From Trueperaceae bacterium (GTDB taxonomy: Bacteria; Deinococcota; Deinococci; Deinococcales; Trueperaceae), in NCBI GenBank assembly GCA_965213705.1, contig OZ243913.1:3904001-3968000 (forward strand): 64,000 nucleotides of DNA. Reading direction: 5' to 3'. Positions 9,326 to 18,440 of this stretch are shown piece after piece. How positions within the stretch are numbered: position 1 is the stretch's first letter; each line of letters begins with the position of its first letter. The notes beneath the pieces are model-generated. The model was not told the DNA's origin and did no database searches. It was given only the letters and a program-made list of their open reading frames with translations. A program made the position numbers and the translations under genes.

Positions 9326-10365
9326 ACCCAGAGCCAAAAATGGTTTTGTCGGCGACGGCGCAGGCCGAGATGGCCGGAGCCGTAGTCGAACTGCAGCCTC
9401 AGGTTTTGAGCCCGGCCGTTTACCCGAACGTCGTCGGGCTAGGCGTCGGGGTGAAGTGGACGAAAGGCCAGCCGACCGGCAAGGCGGCCCTGATTGTGCT
9501 CGTCACGCAAAAGTTGCCCAAGACCCTGCTCGCCAAAACCGCCTTCGTGCCCACCAAGCTGGGCGACGTGCCGACCGACGTCCTCGCCGTCGGCTACCCG
9601 TTTGCGGGGGCGCGCAACCCTTTGGGCGTCGGGGTCCAGACCCTCGCCACGCGCCAGCGCCCGGTCAAGGGCGGCTACAGCGTCGGGCACTTCGCCGTTA
9701 CCGCGGGTACGGCGGCAACGTGCGTGTACGACCTGTTGCCGGGAAGCTCCTCGAGCCCGCCCCAACACGGCGTCGGGGTGCCGGTTAGGTACTACATCCT
9801 GTCGAACAACCACGTGCTCGCCAACACCAACGCGGCCACCCTCGGCGACCCAGTCTTGCAACCCGGCCCCTTCGACGGCGGCAGCGACCCCGCCGACATC
9901 GTCGCGCGACTCAGCCGCTACGTGCCCATCGACCTCACCCCCGCCAAACCCTTGGAAGAGCACCGCAACTTAGTAGACGCCGCCGTCGCCGAGGGTGACT
10001 TTGCCGACCTGAGCCGCGAGGTGTACTGGAGCGGACACGTGCGCGGCTGGCAGCCGCGGGACCGGGTCACGGTCGGCGCGGTGCTCAAAAAGACCGGCCG
10101 CACCACGCACTTCACCACCGGCCGCGTCACCGTCGTGGACGCCACTATAGACGTGAACTACGGCGAGGGTCGGGTAGGACGCTTTACAGACCAGGTCGTC
10201 ACCACGCCCATGTCCGCCGGGGGCGATTCGGGCTCGCTGGTGATGTCGCTCGAGAACGCCGCCGTGGGGCTGCTGTTCGCAGGCTCGCCCCAGTCGACGA
10301 TTTTCAGCCACATCGAGCACGTCCGCTCGCTGCTCAGGGTCGAGGTGGCGGAACAGGTGCTTTAG
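9322..10365 (+). CDS. Trypsin-like serine protease (Nal1-like)
   Basis: ILSNNHVLA (His), VDAA (Asp), GDSGS (Ser), GRTT. Confidence 0.8.
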   Translation: MNPEPKMVLSATAQAEMAGAVVELQPQVLSPAVYPNVVGLGVGVKWTKGQPTGKAALIVLVTQKLPKTLLAKTAFVPTKLGDVPTDVLAVGYPFAGARNPLGVGVQTLATRQRPVKGGYSVGHFAVTAGTAATCVYDLLPGSSSSPPQHGVGVPVRYYILSNNHVLANTNAATLGDPVLQPGPFDGGSDPADIVARLSRYVPIDLTPAKPLEEHRNLVDAAVAEGDFADLSREVYWSGHVRGWQPRDRVTVGAVLKKTGRTTHFTTGRVTVVDATIDVNYGEGRVGRFTDQVVTTPMSAGGDSGSLVMSLENAAVGLLFAGSPQSTIFSHIEHVRSLLRVEVAEQVL

Positions 10366-10712
10366 GTCGGGTTGATACGGCTTCCGATATTACAGCTTCC
10401 TTTGGAGGAGTTCGCTTTATCGCTAGTCCGTATTTCTTCTCGCTCTGCCCGCATTTGATTCCGAGAGAATCAAATGGAAAGGGTGTGAGGTTCCGGGTCG
10501 CGCATAGGGCTTGCCGTACGGCTGGAAGTAACAAGCCTCTGAAACGTTGTCAGGGGCGGCACTCGCTATGAGCTTGGGAGAGTTTCTCGAGCCCGAGCAG
10601 CGTGAGTTCGCGCTTGACCCGGATTTAGAGGCGTTCGAAGGGCGGCTTGGACGTGCGTTTGTAAACCACGGCGCGGAAGCGTTCGTCCTCAAACTCCGCC
10701 CGCACCCGCGCC

Positions 10713-11834
10713 TCAGCAACAGTGCGCCGTGAGCATCTTCGTGTAGACAACCTGCGCGCGCTCCAACTGGGCGACTTCGACAAACTCGCCCACGGTGTGC
10801 GCCTGCTGAATACTGCCCGGCCCGAGCATGACGAGCGGCAGGTGCTTGTGCAGCACGAGCGCGTCGGTGCCGTAGGGGACGGTGACGGCCCGGTTCGCGC
10901 CGGTCGCCTCGAGGGTGAGTTTGACGACCTCGGCATCTTGCGGCGTGTAAAACGCCTCGTAGCCGCTGTGCTCGACTTCGAACCCGTAAGCCTGAGCTTT
11001 TTTCGTGACGATGTCGACAACCTCCGCCGCGTTACCCTGCGGCGTCGAACGGAAGGTGAGGGTGGCGACCGTCTTGGCGGCGGTCACGTTCGTGGCGCAG
11101 TCGCCGTCGTTCAGGGTCAGGTTGAAGCCGTTGGTCGGCGGGTCGAACTCATCGTCTTGAAAACGCGGGTCGGTCATAAAGGTTTGTCTCAACTCGGCCA
11201 TGTCGGCCAAAAACGGTGCGATTAAGAAGTTCGCCGACACGCCCTGGTCGGTGCTGGTGTGGGCCGCCGCGCCGTGCGCGGTCACGACGACGTGGTAGCC
11301 GCCCTTGTGCGCGTGAACGGGCTGCAACTCGGTCGGCTCGGCGACGACGCCCAAACTGGGCCAGCCGTGCTCGGCGAACGTTTTCGACTCGGCAAGCTGT
11401 TTCGCACCGCCGAAGCCGCTTTCTTCGTCGGCGGTCACGACGATGTAGACGGGTTTTTTGAGGGTGGCCGCGTCCACACTCGCCGCGGCGAGCAGCGTCG
11501 CGGCGAGCGGGCCTTTCATGTCGCAGCTGCCGCGCCCGTAGAGCTTGCCGTCCTTGACCTCGGGAGTGAACGGTCGCCACAGCTTTTCGTCCGCCGGCAC
11601 CACGTCCGAGTGCGAAAAAAAGCCGAGCCCGCCCCGACCCACACCCCGCCTGGCGACGAGGCTGACTTTGAGGACACCGTTCTCGTCGCGGTAGGAGAGC
11701 CGTTCCACCTCGAAACCGTAACCCGTCAAAACCTCTTCCAGAACCTCGCTGACGGCCACGTTGCCGTCGCGGCTCACCGAGGGGATTTCGACAAGGCGGC
11801 TCGCCAATGCGACGACTTCAGAAGGTGTGTTCAT
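10713..11834 (-). CDS. argE: M20 metallopeptidase, acetylornithine deacetylase-like
   Basis: SHSDVVP, GRGSCDMKG, DEE, EPT, QAHT motifs. Confidence 0.75.
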   Translation of the reverse strand: MNTPSEVVALASRLVEIPSVSRDGNVAVSEVLEEVLTGYGFEVERLSYRDENGVLKVSLVARRGVGRGGLGFFSHSDVVPADEKLWRPFTPEVKDGKLYGRGSCDMKGPLAATLLAAASVDAATLKKPVYIVVTADEESGFGGAKQLAESKTFAEHGWPSLGVVAEPTELQPVHAHKGGYHVVVTAHGAAAHTSTDQGVSANFLIAPFLADMAELRQTFMTDPRFQDDEFDPPTNGFNLTLNDGDCATNVTAAKTVATLTFRSTPQGNAAEVVDIVTKKAQAYGFEVEHSGYEAFYTPQDAEVVKLTLEATGANRAVTVPYGTDALVLHKHLPLVMLGPGSIQQAHTVGEFVEVAQLERAQVVYTKMLTAHCC

Positions 11835-12001
11835 ACCCGCATCGTACCCCGGCGGTGAGCCGGACGCGCTTTTTACTCACTTTACGCAGGCCGTTTCCGG
11901 CAGGGACGAGCACAAAGAGTAAGGAGTTCAGAAAGGAAAATACACCGGGTGTTCTGCATTCGCCACACTGCATTTCCAACTTTCTCAGCCCGGGCGCGGG
12001 C

Positions 12002-12433
12002 TCACGCTAGGTGCGGGCGCAGTTTTTGCAGCAGCGGCCCTTTGGGCGTCGCGCCGACAAAAGTATCGACCGCCGCGCCGTTTTTGAACACCATCAACAT
12101 GGGAATGCTCTGCGCCCGGTAACGGCTCGAGGTCGCCGGGTTCTCGTCCACGTTGAGTTTGACGACTTTGAGTTGTCCGGCTAAGTCTCGAGACAACTCT
12201 TCCAACACCGGCGCTATGGTTCGGCACGGCCCGCACCAGGGTGCCCAAAAGTCCACCAGCACCGGCACGGCCGCGTCCAGTTCGCTCGCAAAAGAAGCGT
12301 CGGTCGCGCTGACCAACCAGGGCAAGGTGTGAGCGCACTTGCCGCAGACCGGGAGTTGGCCGGGGGGCGGAGTTTTCAAACGGTTTTTCGCGCCGCAGTT
12401 GGGGCACGCTACGATGTGTGCAGGGGTATCCAT
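12002..12433 (-). CDS. trxC: Thioredoxin with N-terminal zinc finger (TrxC type)
   Basis: CPNC...CGKC plus WCGPC. Confidence 0.85.
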   Translation of the reverse strand: MDTPAHIVACPNCGAKNRLKTPPPGQLPVCGKCAHTLPWLVSATDASFASELDAAVPVLVDFWAPWCGPCRTIAPVLEELSRDLAGQLKVVKLNVDENPATSSRYRAQSIPMLMVFKNGAAVDTFVGATPKGPLLQKLRPHLA

Positions 12434-12767
12434 AAACGCCAGTTTACAAAGTCCTGGGTCTCGACCCAAAGACGCTCGCTACGTCCAAGCCGGGCTCGAG
12501 CGAACTGCAACAACGCCGGGCGAAAAAGGAAGTTGGCTGCGAGCAAATCCTCAACGCCGTTGACGGTTCGACGCTCAAAAACCCGTACGGCGCAACTGGT
12601 TGTCAGCCTGTCTCGCCACACGCGCCCGTTGCCAAAAAACACCGCGAAGCCCCCAAACCCCTCGCCCCGAACCCCGCGAATGTCGGCGGCGCTCGAGTTC
12701 GTCGGCTCCGGCGTTTGCTAGACTTTCGGCAAGTCGGGTCGAAAGAACCCGGAGATTGGGGCAAACG

Positions 12768-14288
12768 ATGAACGACGATCAAAAGAAGAACTCGGCTGAC
12801 GATGCCAAGTTGACGAACCGCCAGGGTCACTCGGTCTACAACAACCAGAGCCAGCGGACCGTCGGCGACCGCGGCCCGGCGACCCTCGAGAACTACCAGT
12901 TTTTGGAAAAAATCAGCCACTTCGACCGCGAACGCATTCCCGAGCGGGTGGTTCACGCGCGGGGCTTTGTCGCCCACGGCGTGTTCGAGGCTTACGGAAC
13001 CATCGGCGACGAGCCGGCGTCTAAGTACACGCGGGCCAAGCTGTTCCAAGAAAAAGGCAAAGAGACGCCCGTCGTCATTCGTTTCTCGACCGTCATTGGC
13101 GGGCGCGACTCGGCCGAGACCGCTCGAGACCCGCGCGGTTTTGCGGTGAAGTTCAAGACCGAGGACGGCAACTGGGACTTGGTCGGCAACAACCTCCCCG
13201 TTTTTTTCATCCGCGACGCGATTAAATTCCCCGACGTGATTCACGCCCTCAAACCCGACCCGGTGACGTTTCGGCAAGAGCCGAACCGAATCTTCGACTT
13301 TATGAGCCTGACGCCCGAGTCGATGCACATGCTGACTTTCCTGTTCAGCCCGCGCGGCATCCCCAAAAACTACCGCACCCAAGAGGGCTTCGGCGTGAAC
13401 ACTTACAAGATGGTTGCCGCCGACGGTACGGGCGTGCTGGTGAAGTACCATTGGAAAACGCAGCAGGGCATCGAATCGCTGACCCAAGAGCAGGCCAACG
13501 CGATTCAGGCGACCGACTTAGGCCACGCCTCGAAAGACCTGTACGAAGCCATCGAGTCGGGCGACTACCCGCAGTGGGAACTCTGCGTGCAAGTCATGAG
13601 CGACGACGAGCACATTGAACTCGACTACGACCCGCTCGACGACACCAAAACCTGGGACGAGGAGCAGTTCCCCCTCCTCCCGGTCGGCATGATGACCTTG
13701 AACCGCAACGTCGACGACTTTTTTGCCGAGGCCGAGCAGGTCGCCTTTGGGACCGGCGTGTTGGTCGACGGGCTGGACTTCTCCGACGACAAGATGCTCG
13801 TCGGACGTACCTTTTCCTACTCGGACACGCAGCGCTACCGGGTGGGGCCGAACTACCTGCAACTGCCCATCAACCAGCCCACGGGCGCGGTCCACACCAA
13901 CCAGCGCGACGGGCAGATGGCCTACTACGTCGACCGCGGCGCTGAAAACCCGCACGTGAATTACGAGCCCTCGAGCCTAGGCGGTCTCCATGAAGCCACC
14001 CCGAACGGCCCCGAGCACCAACCCTATGTAGAGGGCAAAGTCGGCCGTCAAGTCCTGGAGCGCACCAACGACTATGTCCAAGCGGGCGAGCGCTACCGCA
14101 CCATGCCCGACTGGGAGCGCGAAGACCTTGTCAAAAACATGATTGATAACCTCATGCAGTGCGAGGAGCATATTCAAGAGCGGATGGTTGAGCACTTTAC
14201 GCAGTGCGACGAGGATTTCGGCACGCGCGTTGCTGAAGGTTTGAAGAAGATGGATATGATGGAAGACGAGGCGGTGTCGGCGGACTGA
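12768..14288 (+). CDS. Monofunctional heme catalase (small-subunit, KatX/KatA-like)
   Basis: [37 protein letters not shown]. Confidence 0.95.
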   Translation: MNDDQKKNSADDAKLTNRQGHSVYNNQSQRTVGDRGPATLENYQFLEKISHFDRERIPERVVHARGFVAHGVFEAYGTIGDEPASKYTRAKLFQEKGKETPVVIRFSTVIGGRDSAETARDPRGFAVKFKTEDGNWDLVGNNLPVFFIRDAIKFPDVIHALKPDPVTFRQEPNRIFDFMSLTPESMHMLTFLFSPRGIPKNYRTQEGFGVNTYKMVAADGTGVLVKYHWKTQQGIESLTQEQANAIQATDLGHASKDLYEAIESGDYPQWELCVQVMSDDEHIELDYDPLDDTKTWDEEQFPLLPVGMMTLNRNVDDFFAEAEQVAFGTGVLVDGLDFSDDKMLVGRTFSYSDTQRYRVGPNYLQLPINQPTGAVHTNQRDGQMAYYVDRGAENPHVNYEPSSLGGLHEATPNGPEHQPYVEGKVGRQVLERTNDYVQAGERYRTMPDWEREDLVKNMIDNLMQCEEHIQERMVEHFTQCDEDFGTRVAEGLKKMDMMEDEAVSAD

Positions 14289-14298
14289 CGGCAGGAGG

Positions 14299-14349
14299 AC
14301 GGAGGAGCAGGGGAGCGGAGGAGAAAAAAGAGTTTAGCTTCCCTGCTTT
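14299..14349 (+). repeat. Dispersed purine-rich intergenic repeat, copy 1
   Basis: cggaggagcaggggagcggaggagaaaaaagagtttagcttccct; inverted near-copy at 27326-27368. Confidence 0.75.
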
Positions 14350-14393
14350 TTCTCGAGTCCAGCCTGTCTTTTATTCAAAAATCAAAGGGCATT

Positions 14394-14936
14394 GTGATTC
14401 CGGTCGGTTACATGGCTAAAAAAATAGTGGCGAGACCCGAGTGGTTGAGCAGTGAAAATATCGCCGACATCTACTCGGTGAGTAACTGCGCCTCCGACGC
14501 CTTTGCGGATTACATCAAGTTTTGGAGGCACAACGGGTACTGGTTTTTCGACTCACCTTCGGTTGTTGAAGAAATAGCCGGGTCGGAGTCGCTAGATTTG
14601 ACCGGAACCACGATGTTTTACTACGAAATGTACGAACAACAGTTCGATAGGTTCGAGCGCGAGTGGAGCGACGTCGTACCCGAACCGTCCTTCGCAACTC
14701 ACGTCCTCGTCCCCAGTGAAAAGCGGCTCGAGGGCTTCGACGTGGTGACTTATTCCGGGGGTACGTCGCCCCAATGCTCACCGCTCTCGTGCAATTCTTT
14801 AGCCGATGAAGTCGAAGTAAACCGCCACTGTTTACTCAGTTCTTTTGAAACGGCAAAGCATCTTATCGAAAGTGGCCTGCTCGAAGGTTGTTCACCTGGT
14901 CCTGCAGGGATGGTGGCAGTTTATACCCTGCCATAG
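14394..14936 (+). CDS. Hypothetical protein, lower GC
   Basis: 180-aa ORF with globular composition (YSVSNC, NGYWFFDS, CSPLSCN). Confidence 0.65.
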   Translation: MIPVGYMAKKIVARPEWLSSENIADIYSVSNCASDAFADYIKFWRHNGYWFFDSPSVVEEIAGSESLDLTGTTMFYYEMYEQQFDRFEREWSDVVPEPSFATHVLVPSEKRLEGFDVVTYSGGTSPQCSPLSCNSLADEVEVNRHCLLSSFETAKHLIESGLLEGCSPGPAGMVAVYTLP

Positions 14937-14989
14937 GTTTTGACTTTTCGGTGCGCCTCGAGCCCCCACCTTTTTGCTAAACTCACACC

Positions 14990-16228
14990 TTGAAAATGCA
15001 GCTTTTTCGCGTACTTCTGTTATGTTCACTACTCGTCGCGCTTGGTTTCGGCTCAGCGCAAATCGAGTTGCAGTTCTGGACGATTTCCCTCTCCCCTTTT
15101 TTCAACGATTATATTAACGAGACCGTTTCACTTTACGAGGCGCAACACCTCGGCGTCAGCGTTACCTGGCTAGACTTTTCGGGCGAGGCGCTGGGCTTTG
15201 AGTTGCTGGGGGCGATTCAGTCCGGCAACGCGCCCGACGTGGTCAACCTCAACGTGCCGACGCTGCTCGAGCAAACCGAACGGGGCAACCTGTCCAGGCT
15301 CGACGGAAGTTTCGATAAAGACCTTTACTTCGACGGCTTACTGCAGTCTCTCAGCGTTGACGGCAAAGTCTACGCGCTGCCCTGGTACGTCACCCCGGCT
15401 ATTTTGATGGTTAACCGGGCGCTGTTCGAGGAAGCAGGTTTGGACGCCGATACCTTCGTCAGCACGCCTGACACGCTTTTCGAGGCTGCCAAGACAATCA
15501 AAGACCGCACCGGCACCTACGGCTTTATGCCGAACCTCATCTCACAAAACCTGCTCTACCGCTTTCAGGAGTCGGGGCTGCCGGTGCTGAGCGAGGACGG
15601 CACGCGGGCTGTTTTCAACTCGCCCGCGCACGTGGCGTTTTTGCAAGAGTACATCAGCCTTTTTGAAAAGGACTATTTTCCCGCGGACGCACTTTTAAAA
15701 GGTTACGGCGGCGCGCTCGAGCACTACCAAAGCGGCCAACTCGGGATGCTCCTAACCGGCGCACAGTTTCTGACGCGCATCCGCTCGAGCGCGCCCGAGG
15801 TCTACACCGAGACCGCGCCTCTCCCCTACCCGCTCGGCGCAGGCCGAACCGTCCACGCCCCGCTCATGGCGCTCGGGGTTCCGGCGGCCTCAAAGCATCA
15901 ACGAGAAGCGCTCGACTTCGCCCTGTTCGTCACCGGGCGGGAGCGGGAACTCGCGTTCTCAAAACTCGTCGCCATTTTTCCGTCAAATGTAGCGGCCGCC
16001 GCCGACCCGTTTTTTACAAACTTGCCGCCCAATCCAACACCCGAGGAGCGGGCTCGAGCCGTCACCGCCGGACAGCTCGAGTACGCCCACGACCTCACCC
16101 TGCACGTCCCCAACGCCTCGGACTTGTTCAAAAACTTTCAGAAAAACGTCGAAGAAGCCTTTTTCGGTTACAAGTCCCCACAAGACGCTCTCGACGACGC
16201 CGTGAGGTATTGGAATGCGAAGCTGTAA
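14990..16228 (+). CDS. Sugar ABC transporter substrate-binding protein
   Basis: Signal peptide; GNAPDVV; DGKVYALPWY. Confidence 0.85.
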   Translation: MKMQLFRVLLLCSLLVALGFGSAQIELQFWTISLSPFFNDYINETVSLYEAQHLGVSVTWLDFSGEALGFELLGAIQSGNAPDVVNLNVPTLLEQTERGNLSRLDGSFDKDLYFDGLLQSLSVDGKVYALPWYVTPAILMVNRALFEEAGLDADTFVSTPDTLFEAAKTIKDRTGTYGFMPNLISQNLLYRFQESGLPVLSEDGTRAVFNSPAHVAFLQEYISLFEKDYFPADALLKGYGGALEHYQSGQLGMLLTGAQFLTRIRSSAPEVYTETAPLPYPLGAGRTVHAPLMALGVPAASKHQREALDFALFVTGRERELAFSKLVAIFPSNVAAAADPFFTNLPPNPTPEERARAVTAGQLEYAHDLTLHVPNASDLFKNFQKNVEEAFFGYKSPQDALDDAVRYWNAKL

Positions 16229-18266
16229 CGCCAAAAAATCACAAGAAACTAAAGCCCCCCTTTCAGGGGGGTTGGGGGGTCTCCTCCTCACCCTGACCCT
16301 TATCCTCAGCACCGCCACCGCCCAAACCCACGTGCCCGACGCTTACCTGCCCCTCGCCACCGACACGGCCATCGTGCCCACACCGCAAGAAGAGGTGGCA
16401 CTACCCGAGGGCTACACCCTAACGCCGGAAACGGTAATTTACCTCCTCGAGCCCACGCCCGCGCTGCAACGAGCGGCGGCAGAACTGCAGAGCGACGTTC
16501 AAGCGCGCTACGGCTTCCGGCCGCCTCTGGCAGTCGGCCAGGCACCGCAAGGGGGCATCGTCATTGGTACGTTGGAGAGCGGCCTGTCACCCGCGGGCGG
16601 GCCGGTCGCGCACGACGAGGGGTACGTGCTCGAGGTCGTCCACACCGGCGTCGCAATCGTCGGGACGGACGAGCGCGGCGCGTTTTACGGGGTGCAGAGT
16701 CTGCGGCAACTGCTGGGTGAGACGCCCACGCTGCGCGGCCTGCGGGTGCGCGACTGGCCCGACCACGGTTTGCGCGTCGCCATGATTTACCTCAACAGCG
16801 ACACTGTTAAGGATGATTCGGCCGCGCTGAACGACCGGCTCGTTCCGTTGCTGGCGCGCTACAAGTTCAACGCGCTGCTCGTGATGAGCGACTACCTCGC
16901 CTGGGACAGCGCGCCCGAACTACGTGTGCCGGGGAGTGCGAGCAAAGAGGAAGCGCGGCGCTTGGTAGAGAAAGCTAGAGAATACCTGCTCGAGCCCATC
17001 CCCCTTTTAGAAACCCTGGGCCACGCGCAGTGGCTGTTCGCCAACGGCCAAAACCGCGATTTATTACAGGACCCGAACGTGAGCACGCCGTTCGCCTATG
17101 ACCCACTGAACCCGCGGGTCTACGAGGTGCTTTTTTCCATACTGGACGAGCTTATCGACGTCTTCAACCCGCGCTGGCTCCACATCGGCCACGACGAGGT
17201 GCGCAGCGGCCATGATTTCCCGGCGAGCGAGGCGGGGCTTATCGTCGGTTTCGGGCGGCTCTTTTTGCAGGACACGCTTCGACTGCACGACTTCCTGGCG
17301 TCGCGCGGCGTAAAAACGATGCTGTGGCAGGACGAACTCCTCTCACCCGAGGTGCGGCCCCTTTTGGGGCAGTTCCCCAAAGACCTCGTCGTGACGAGCT
17401 GGAACTACATCCCCGCCGGAACTTACCCCGACTTGACAGCGGTGCAGCAGGCAGGCTTCGAGGTTTTGGGCACGTCCTGGCAAGACCCGGACAACATCGC
17501 GGCCTATGCACGTTTCGCCCACGACGCGGGCGCGGCCGGGATGGTACAGGCGCGCTGGACAGGGTACTTCGCCGGTTCCGAGGTGCTGCACGGGAGTTTT
17601 GAGCAGCTTTACGCTTACCTGAGCGCTGCGAACGTTTTTTGGAATGTTGATGCGCCTACGCTCGAGGACGCCCCCGAACGTTTCCGCACTTTTTGGCTCG
17701 GCACGGAGAACACGCGACAGCGGGCGGGAACGCTGGTGGATTTAGCGCTTTATGGCAATGTGAGCCTGAGCGACGGGTTTTTGGGGCTCAAGCCTGGTTA
17801 CGCGCTCGCTGATATGCTCGAGACTGAACGCTTCGCTGGAGCCCGGTTTTCACTCGGTACGGCCGTCGCTCTACGCAGTACGCACCGCCGCGCACAGACT
17901 TATCCACAGGCTGTGGATATTGAGTTGGACATCAGGGCAGGCTCGCTCGCTTTTTTGCACACGACGGGCTGGAGCGCGCCGACGGGCAGTCAGGTCGGGC
18001 GTTACCTCGTCCACTACGCAGACGGCGGCACCGACACCATCCCGCTCGTTTACGGCGAGAACATCGCCGCCTGGACGGAAACCTCCGTGTCCTCCATCAA
18101 CTTGCTGCAGGGTTGGTCGGGGCGCACGCCGAACGGGCTACCCGTCGCCGTCAACGCCTTTTTCTGGACGAACCCGCAACCGGGTAAGGTTATTGAAAGT
18201 GTCGAATTTATCAGTAACGGTCTGCTCGCCAACCCGGTTTTGTTGGGATTGACGGTGCTCGAGTAG
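16215..18266 (+). CDS. Secreted GH20 beta-N-acetylhexosaminidase
   Basis: GH20b-like EGYVL...GAFYGVQSLRQ, DWPD, catalytic HIGHDE; start uncertain. Confidence 0.85.
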   Translation: MRSCNAKKSQETKAPLSGGLGGLLLTLTLILSTATAQTHVPDAYLPLATDTAIVPTPQEEVALPEGYTLTPETVIYLLEPTPALQRAAAELQSDVQARYGFRPPLAVGQAPQGGIVIGTLESGLSPAGGPVAHDEGYVLEVVHTGVAIVGTDERGAFYGVQSLRQLLGETPTLRGLRVRDWPDHGLRVAMIYLNSDTVKDDSAALNDRLVPLLARYKFNALLVMSDYLAWDSAPELRVPGSASKEEARRLVEKAREYLLEPIPLLETLGHAQWLFANGQNRDLLQDPNVSTPFAYDPLNPRVYEVLFSILDELIDVFNPRWLHIGHDEVRSGHDFPASEAGLIVGFGRLFLQDTLRLHDFLASRGVKTMLWQDELLSPEVRPLLGQFPKDLVVTSWNYIPAGTYPDLTAVQQAGFEVLGTSWQDPDNIAAYARFAHDAGAAGMVQARWTGYFAGSEVLHGSFEQLYAYLSAANVFWNVDAPTLEDAPERFRTFWLGTENTRQRAGTLVDLALYGNVSLSDGFLGLKPGYALADMLETERFAGARFSLGTAVALRSTHRRAQTYPQAVDIELDIRAGSLAFLHTTGWSAPTGSQVGRYLVHYADGGTDTIPLVYGENIAAWTETSVSSINLLQGWSGRTPNGLPVAVNAFFWTNPQPGKVIESVEFISNGLLANPVLLGLTVLE

Positions 18267-18313
18267 ACCTCTAAACAAGCCACCCAAAAACCTCAACCTC
18301 GAAAAATGCGTTC

Positions 18314-18342
18314 TTGACAGGACTTTTACCGCTCAGTAGACT
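18314..18342 (+). promoter_or_regulatory. Sigma70-type promoter for the PIG-L operon
   Basis: TTGACA-17 bp-TAGACT; palindrome-like gaaaatttttcc just downstream at about 18365-18376. Confidence 0.6.
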
Positions 18343-18440
18343 GTGACTCCTACGTGATGGTCGTGAAAATTTTTCCGTAAAGGGGGTTTGATTTCTAAAC
18401 TGGGGTGGGACGCCGTCCGTTTCTACTAGAGAGGGGAATC

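Noticed and set aside
10366..10712. Small ORFs between the protease and argE
   Set aside because: No recognisable family or RBS; could be a gene remnant
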